From positions 36,815 through 100,814 of the forward strand of contig CAZNKB010000003.1 in the NCBI GenBank assembly GCA_964573695.1: a DNA stretch of 64,000 nucleotides, written 5' to 3'. The notes under the pieces were generated by a model. The model had not been told where the DNA came from. It saw only the letters and a program-made list of their open reading frames with translations, and ran no database searches. A program made the position numbers and the translations under genes. Shown in pieces: positions 58,752-64,000 of this stretch. Each line of letters begins with the position of its first letter. Position 1 is the first letter of the stretch. Source of the DNA: an uncultured Gammaproteobacteria bacterium (GTDB lineage: Bacteria > Patescibacteriota > Microgenomatia > UBA10105 > UBA927).

Positions 58752-60602
58752 GTGCGAAAAAATGCCCTTCTCTTGTCTCTTATAGCCATTGGCGTAATGT
58801 TACGCCTTACGCTTATCCCTAACCCGGGTTTTGAAGCGGATATATCATTCTGGAAATCCTGGGGGCTGGCAGCCGTCGATAAAGGAGCGGTCGAAGGGAT
58901 CAAAGTCACGAATAACAATTATCCGACGCCCTTCGTTTACACACTGGGCATCATGGTGGGGATATATAAATTGTTTGCCGATCCTCATAATTTCAACGAA
59001 TACTGGAGCAATACCAATCTCCTGTTTCTTGCGATAAGTAAGCTCCTGCCAATACTGGCTGATCTGGGTATTGCCCTGCTCATATTATATATAGGCAAAA
59101 GCACAACTTCCGCGAGCCGTAAGATAGGATTTCCCGCTGTCTCACTTTCGTTCTTTGGCCTTTCGTTTTACGAACTGCTTGCTACTACTTACCTTCTTTC
59201 ACCCGTTTCCCTCATAGACGGCGCATGGTGGGGCCAAGTCGACAGCGTGGGCGTATGCATATTCCTTTCCGCTCTGGTGTTGGTACTCAAAAAACAACCG
59301 TTCTGGGCAGGTCTTGTCTTCATGCTCGCGATGATGACCAAACTCCAGAATATGATCTACGGCCCCGTGTTATTTCTCTTCGTTTGGCAGATCGCCGGAT
59401 TACCAGGACTCATTCGCGCGGTAGCGGGAGCATTCGTCGGATTTGTGGGCCTCAATGCGGAATTCCTGGCATCTCATAACGCCGACCGGGTATTTGCTTC
59501 GCTGACAGAAAATTATGACTATTTCCCCTGGATGAGTCTTATGGCATATAACCTATGGTGGATTGTCACGGGAGCCAAAGGGCTCATGACGTCAGACAAA
59601 CTCACGGTACTTGGTATACTCAATGCAAAAACCGTTGGCCTCGTATTATTTAGCGCCACCTATCTCTTCGCCACTCTTAGGCAATTGTGGGAAAAATCCA
59701 AAACTGACGACTCCAGTATGACGAAACTGACCCTCGAAAGCCTGATTCTGGTCAACGCCGCGTTTTTCCTCTTCCAGACGCAGTCACATGACCGGTATGC
59801 ATATCCACTTTCCGTTTTTCTTCTCTTATGGGCGCCGTTTTATATAAGTAATCGGCAAACGGTAAACGGTAAACGGCATGTTGTACTATTTACTATTTAC
59901 TATTTACTATTTACGCTCTTTTACTTCTACAATCTCCATACAGCCCTTGTCGTCAATTATCCGCACAACGGATTGCCGTGGCTCTCCTTACTGACGCAAC
60001 CTGTGTTTACCCTAGGAACCGCGTATATGCTGCTTGGATTGTTTGGTGTATTCGTTTATTCACTTCTCTTGACGTCCAAAAAATCACGCGTGCTGTTATC
60101 TATAATCATAGGGCTCGTGTTAGCAGGCCTCCTGGGACTCAACGCCCCGCTACTCACCCGTAAACCGGTCAGCCTGACAACATTTGTGCCTTTTATCAGC
60201 GAGCAGGCATATGGTACTCGTCAGACAAATAGATCCGTCCAAAGTTCATTCGGCGACGCTTACAAATGGACCAGGCTTTCCGTGCAGTATCTGTTTTATG
60301 ATAAGGGCATCGGCACGCACGCACGGAGCAAGCATGTATTTGATATCAATAACAAATTCAAACGATTTACCGTAGATTTCGGCATAGACACCGAGGCAGG
60401 TGCCAAAGGAACTGCTATCTTTGAAATTTGGGGGGACGACCGTCTTTTGTATCGATCAGATATCATGGGCCGATATGATCTGCCAAAACACGCCGACGTG
60501 AATATTGCGGGAGTAAAACATCTATCCCTCATAACGACAGACGCGGGTGACGGCAACTATGACGACCATACGGACTGGCTCAATCCGCGTTTGTTCCCAT
60601 AA
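58752..60602 (+). CDS. GT-C-like polytopic membrane protein fused to a C-terminal NPCBM (glycan-binding) domain
   Basis: About 12 TM helices with an early loop GFEADISFWKSWG. The C-terminal segment KRFTVDFGIDTEAGAKGTAIFEIWGDDRLLYRS...IAGVKHLSLITTDAGDGNYDDHTDWLNPRLF matches the NPCBM fold signature. Start uncertain (GTG 58752, or 58674 overlapping the upstream gene). Confidence 0.6.
   Translation: MRKNALLLSLIAIGVMLRLTLIPNPGFEADISFWKSWGLAAVDKGAVEGIKVTNNNYPTPFVYTLGIMVGIYKLFADPHNFNEYWSNTNLLFLAISKLLPILADLGIALLILYIGKSTTSASRKIGFPAVSLSFFGLSFYELLATTYLLSPVSLIDGAWWGQVDSVGVCIFLSALVLVLKKQPFWAGLVFMLAMMTKLQNMIYGPVLFLFVWQIAGLPGLIRAVAGAFVGFVGLNAEFLASHNADRVFASLTENYDYFPWMSLMAYNLWWIVTGAKGLMTSDKLTVLGILNAKTVGLVLFSATYLFATLRQLWEKSKTDDSSMTKLTLESLILVNAAFFLFQTQSHDRYAYPLSVFLLLWAPFYISNRQTVNGKRHVVLFTIYYLLFTLFYFYNLHTALVVNYPHNGLPWLSLLTQPVFTLGTAYMLLGLFGVFVYSLLLTSKKSRVLLSIIIGLVLAGLLGLNAPLLTRKPVSLTTFVPFISEQAYGTRQTNRSVQSSFGDAYKWTRLSVQYLFYDKGIGTHARSKHVFDINNKFKRFTVDFGIDTEAGAKGTAIFEIWGDDRLLYRSDIMGRYDLPKHADVNIAGVKHLSLITTDAGDGNYDDHTDWLNPRLFP
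59853..59915. repeat. two adjacent heptanucleotide tandem repeats, (cggyaaa)x3.5 and (tactatt)x4, inside the GT-C::NPCBM coding sequence
   Basis: cggcaaa cggtaaa cggtaaa cggcatg ... tactatt tactatt tactatt tactatt tacg. Confidence 0.85.
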
Positions 60603-60633
60603 ACGCGTCCTGAGTACAGTGGAAGAACCTGTT

Positions 60634-62997
60634 ATGAAGCATATTGAAAAACTTATCGGTATCGGCCTGCTGCTTTTTGCCGTGGTATTCAACCTATGGA
60701 CCTATCGAGCGGAACCGAACGCACTCGTTGATCCGAATGATAATACATTCCAATTCGCTTTGGTTGACAGGACAAACCAGATATTGTCTTTTGCACAACA
60801 AAAGTGCACTGGCATAACCAAGCCATTCTGTGTGTTGTCATATCTTACCGATCACTGGGTTCCTAACTGGGCAGAGGGGTATAACCTGCCTTCCTATTAC
60901 TCGCATATCCCACAGATCGTCATCGTGATAACTTGGAAAATAGCTGCGTTGTTTTCTTCTCACTATTCTCTCTTTACCCATTATCATTATGTAGTTTATT
61001 TCTTGTTGTGCCTGTTTCCTCTTTCCTTGTTTATCGCGCTTCGCATCATCGGCATTTCGTGGGTGACGGCAGGTATAGGCGCTGCATTGGCAACCCACCT
61101 TTCCACAGACGGATTATACGGACTGGACCCCACATCATTTCTTTGGCGCGGGTACGGATTAAGCAGTCAGCTTTTTGCCATGATCTGGCTACCCCTTGCT
61201 GTAGCATATGCCTGGAGATATCTAAGCGGTACTCCGACAAAACAGACACTGCTACTGGCAATCCTCTTCCTTGCGGCAGTCACAAGCGGGCATCTGGGTA
61301 TCGGCATCATCGCATTTATGAGCATCGGCATACTTGCGTTTGGACCGTTGATTCGATCCATACTTACAAAATCCTGGGGCACAAGCTCGACAAACCTCGC
61401 ACTCGCACATACACAAAAACTCCTGCTTGTTTTTGGCGGGGTCGGGCTCCTTCTCGGATATTGGATCCTGCCGATATTGCGGGACGGCAACTATCATAAT
61501 ATTTCCGTTTGGGACGGTATTTGGAAATTCGATTCCTTCGGCTACCGCAACGTGCTGGCGTGGCTATTTAATGGGGCATTATTTGATTTCGGGCGCGCGC
61601 CGATTATGACGGCTCTCATACTACTCGGGGTTTTTGTAGCTGCACAAACCGCATTTTTTGATTTCGCGGTGCTGTTTGTATTCTGGGTGCTTATGTATTT
61701 CGGACGCACGACATGGGGTCCGCTATTTACCCTCATTCCCGGCATGAGCGAATTTCACCTTTCCCGGTTTATCGTCGGTGTTCATATGACAGGATTATTC
61801 CTGATTCCGATGAGCATAGATTGGGTGATATCACGCGCACGCGCGCTGTTTTCGTCTCCCATGCGGCAACCTGCCTCCGTCTGGCTCGGTGTCGCTACAG
61901 CGGTGCTACTCATCGTGAGCGCCTATCCGCAAACCATGCGGTACAGTGCACACAATGATTTCCTGATCGCTCGCGGCAATACGAACTACCAAAGAGATTC
62001 AGAAGATATTGATGCGCTCATTTCACTGCTTCGGACAAAGCTTCAGGAACATCCTGGTCGGGTGTTTGCCGGCAGAGGTGGAAGCTGGGGCAAAAATTTC
62101 CGTATCGCCGAAACCCCGATGTATATGCACCTTTCCACGTACGGGATCCCGGTTATCTTATGGCTGCCGGAAACGTGGTCGCCCAACTCGGACACGGAGC
62201 AGTATTTTTCCGAAAGTAACCCTGCCCACTACTCCCTCTACAATGTGCGGTACGTCGTAACCCAGACAACGCTCACTCCAGAACAAATACAACCCTTCTG
62301 GAGGCTTACAGAAAGCGGAAAGACATGGAAATTATATGAAGTGACGGCTTCTGTCGTCCCAAGCGAAGTCGGAAGATCCGGATATATCACAACCGGAGTG
62401 CGCCCGGCCACCGTAAGCAGTAGTAAGACGGACTATCGATCCCTCATCCGACTTTGGATGCATTCAAAGGCATATAGTCAGGCATTGTTCCCCGAACTTA
62501 CGTTTGATTCTTCGTATCCTAAGAAAACCGGACTTCCCAATTTTCGCATGCTCGATGAGGTGACATACGAGGTGCCGGACGGATCCGTGCACAATCTTTT
62601 CGCCGAAAATCCTCTCTACGTAAGCCCCCTAAGTGATCTAAGTACCTTAGACAAACTAAAAGTTACTTCTCAATCCTCCGACAACGATATGGTGTTTAAT
62701 GCAACCGTCGATGTTCCCAAAAACTGCGTCGAATGCATGGTCATATTGAAACAATCTTTTCACCCGTCATGGCGGGCATCAGTTGATGGCACGCCAATCA
62801 AGCCATTTGCCGTATTTCCGTTCTATACGGCAGTCGACGTACATACCCCAGGAAAACACGAAATCGTATTTTCATACGAACCGTCACTTATGAAAAAAAT
62901 CCTGCTTATCATCGGTATTGTTTCTCTGACATTTTCTGTAGGCATCCTCATCTGGCTAGCCCGTCCCGACAACCTGCGCAGATTCAACCCCGATTAG
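60634..62997 (+). CDS. large polytopic membrane protein with C-terminal extracytoplasmic domain and a final TM anchor (GT-C-like, family not assigned)
   Basis: From MKHIEKLIGIGLLLF (GGAAG RBS 9 nt upstream). More than 12 TM helices, a ~300-aa hydrophilic domain and a C-terminal TM (ILLIIGIVSLTFSVGILIWL). Confidence 0.55.
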   Translation: MKHIEKLIGIGLLLFAVVFNLWTYRAEPNALVDPNDNTFQFALVDRTNQILSFAQQKCTGITKPFCVLSYLTDHWVPNWAEGYNLPSYYSHIPQIVIVITWKIAALFSSHYSLFTHYHYVVYFLLCLFPLSLFIALRIIGISWVTAGIGAALATHLSTDGLYGLDPTSFLWRGYGLSSQLFAMIWLPLAVAYAWRYLSGTPTKQTLLLAILFLAAVTSGHLGIGIIAFMSIGILAFGPLIRSILTKSWGTSSTNLALAHTQKLLLVFGGVGLLLGYWILPILRDGNYHNISVWDGIWKFDSFGYRNVLAWLFNGALFDFGRAPIMTALILLGVFVAAQTAFFDFAVLFVFWVLMYFGRTTWGPLFTLIPGMSEFHLSRFIVGVHMTGLFLIPMSIDWVISRARALFSSPMRQPASVWLGVATAVLLIVSAYPQTMRYSAHNDFLIARGNTNYQRDSEDIDALISLLRTKLQEHPGRVFAGRGGSWGKNFRIAETPMYMHLSTYGIPVILWLPETWSPNSDTEQYFSESNPAHYSLYNVRYVVTQTTLTPEQIQPFWRLTESGKTWKLYEVTASVVPSEVGRSGYITTGVRPATVSSSKTDYRSLIRLWMHSKAYSQALFPELTFDSSYPKKTGLPNFRMLDEVTYEVPDGSVHNLFAENPLYVSPLSDLSTLDKLKVTSQSSDNDMVFNATVDVPKNCVECMVILKQSFHPSWRASVDGTPIKPFAVFPFYTAVDVHTPGKHEIVFSYEPSLMKKILLIIGIVSLTFSVGILIWLARPDNLRRFNPD

Positions 62998-63029
62998 ATC
63001 GGGATCAAGGTTAAGTCTTGAAATCAACG

Positions 63030-63067
63030 TTGACGCTATGTATGAATATTGCTATTATTCATACATA
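63030..63067 (+). promoter_or_regulatory. sigma70-like promoter (TTGACG-17-TATTAT) overlapped by a perfect 12-bp inverted repeat (TATGTATGAATA-7-TATTCATACATA); likely autoregulatory operator of the TA module; leaderless start
   Basis: -35 at 63030-63035 and -10 at 63053-63058. IR arms at 63037-63048 and 63056-63067. Antitoxin ATG at 63067. Confidence 0.45.
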
Positions 63068-63309
63068 TGACTACTATAAATATTTCACTACCCGATAAGC
63101 TGAAAAAACAAGCCGACGCAGTAATATCAGACGGTCACTATGCGTCATTTAGCGACCTCGCGCGGACTGCACTCCGGCAAATTCTTCGCGACCACAAGCT
63201 GGATCGCATGGTGGCAGAAGCAAAAGCAGATTATAAAGCGGGGCGAGGGACACTTCTTCGCAATAAAAAAGATATTGCAAAGTTTATGTCTCAATTCAAA
63301 CCGAAATAA
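63067..63309 (+). CDS. ribbon-helix-helix (ParD/CopG-like) antitoxin
   Basis: MTTINISLPDKLKKQADAVISDGHYASFSDLARTALRQIL is a typical RHH N-terminus. ~80 aa and located immediately upstream of the toxin. Confidence 0.6.
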   Translation: MTTINISLPDKLKKQADAVISDGHYASFSDLARTALRQILRDHKLDRMVAEAKADYKAGRGTLLRNKKDIAKFMSQFKPK

Positions 63310-63312
63310 TGC

Positions 63313-63573
63313 ATGAAAATATTCGCGACTCCGCGATATATCAAGACGCTCAAAAAATTTCTTGGGACGCACCCGGAATATCACGCCATAATTACCCGCC
63401 GGCTTGAACTATTAGAGCAAAGCCCAAATCACCCCACCCTCAGGCTTCATAAACTCGCCAACCGCGAGAACGAGTACTCAATATCCATTGACCATTCTAT
63501 CCGCCTTATTTTCTCCCGAGAAAAAAGCATCTGCTACCTTCTGGAAATCGGATCCCATGATGAAGTGTATTAA
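63313..63573 (+). CDS. RelE/ParE-superfamily toxin (mRNA interferase-like)
   Basis: 86 aa. ...LRLHKLANRENEYSISIDHSIRLIFSREKSICYLLEIGSHDEVY matches the RelE/YoeB/ParE C-terminal pattern. The start lies 3 nt after the antitoxin stop. Confidence 0.65.
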   Translation: MKIFATPRYIKTLKKFLGTHPEYHAIITRRLELLEQSPNHPTLRLHKLANRENEYSISIDHSIRLIFSREKSICYLLEIGSHDEVY

Positions 63574-63623
63574 CCATATGATCCCCTTCTGGCTAGCCAA
63601 TCTCGTTAAGTCTTGAATTTATT

Positions 63624-64000
63624 ATGTTCTATCACAAACGATACGCACACGTTTTTACAGCGGTATTCCTACTAGTGTTGAGCGTACTTCTACCCGGAAA
63701 AAATACAAAAAGAGCCGATATCCTCATCGTCTCCCCTCATCCTGATGACGCGGTGTTATGCTGTGCAGGGCTCATCCAACAGATGCTTGAACAGGGAAAG
63801 CGCGTCCATATCGTAGAACTGACTGACGGAGACGGATATACCGAGGCTGCGGCATTGCTTGCCGATAAACCCGCATCGTTACTCACGCCAAACGATTATC
63901 GGCGCCTGGGGTACGTCCGAAAGCATGAGGATATTCGCGCCATGAGCCTTTTGGGGATACCCCGTCGCCGTATCACATTTTTGGGATACCCGGACGGCTG
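63624..64000 (+). CDS. PIG-L/LmbE-family N-acetylglucosaminyl deacetylase (5' part; continues off-window)
   Basis: ...ILIVSPHPDDAVLCCAGLI...VELTDGDGY (HPDD zinc-binding motif). No stop before the window end. Confidence 0.65.
   Translation, partial: MFYHKRYAHVFTAVFLLVLSVLLPGKNTKRADILIVSPHPDDAVLCCAGLIQQMLEQGKRVHIVELTDGDGYTEAAALLADKPASLLTPNDYRRLGYVRKHEDIRAMSLLGIPRRRITFLGYPDG

Noticed and set aside
1-64000. Possibility of an alternative genetic code (TGA as Gly or Trp, as in some CPR/Gracilibacteria or Mycoplasma)
   Set aside because: TGA clearly functions as a stop in many ATGA stop/start junctions between well-supported domain-containing genes. Long ORFs are uninterrupted under code 11.

Overview
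The window is 64 kb of densely packed, often translationally coupled bacterial genes (ATGA stop/start overlaps; TGA is a stop, so the code is standard). I found no rRNA, tRNA or CRISPR. The organism looks like an uncultivated bacterium with cell-surface-specialised content, which fits but does not prove a Patescibacteria/CPR-like episymbiont. The content falls into five blocks.

(i) 1-16.5 kb: three consecutive giant surface proteins. The first is the 3' part of a LamG / Ser-Thr-rich fibre protein. The second is a 1612-aa protein with tandem MerR/excisionase-type HTH domains, a TM helix, about 600 aa of collagen-like G-X-Y repeats and a C-terminal H-type-lectin-like domain. The third is a 1739-aa DUF2341 plus 5-6x LamG protein. 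Small membrane or secreted proteins lie between them.

(ii) 17-21 kb: three tandem type IV pilin-like genes, divergent from an O-antigen-ligase (Wzy_C)-family membrane protein that is a candidate pilin O-oligosaccharyltransferase.

(iii) 21-63 kb: a very large glycosylation island. It holds seven GT2 enzymes (two look like polyprenol-phosphate sugar synthases of the DPM1/ArnC type), a GT4, a split Alg14/Alg13 pair and a radical-SAM/SPASM enzyme. Nucleotide-sugar tailoring enzymes include a Gfo/Idh/MocA oxidoreductase, two DegT aminotransferases, a hexapeptide acetyltransferase, two cupins (RmlC- and FdtA-like), a SAM methyltransferase, a GNAT and two HAD hydrolases. Most striking are at least 11 large polytopic GT-C-like membrane proteins. 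These include YfhO-like and ArnT/PMT-like proteins, a GT-B::GT-C fusion, a GT-C::NPCBM fusion and three paralogues of an unnamed family. There is also a second Wzy_C protein and a membrane-anchored LRR protein.

(iv) 63.0-63.6 kb: a RHH-antitoxin / RelE-ParE-toxin cassette flanked by 13-bp direct repeats.

(v) The window ends with the start of a PIG-L/LmbE deacetylase.

The candidate novel system is an unusually elaborate machinery using polyprenol-linked sugars and GT-C enzymes to glycosylate proteins or the surface. It is physically linked to giant Ser/Thr-rich adhesin-like proteins and pilins. The locus also carries several conserved palindromic putative operators and heptanucleotide repeats inside a GT-C gene.
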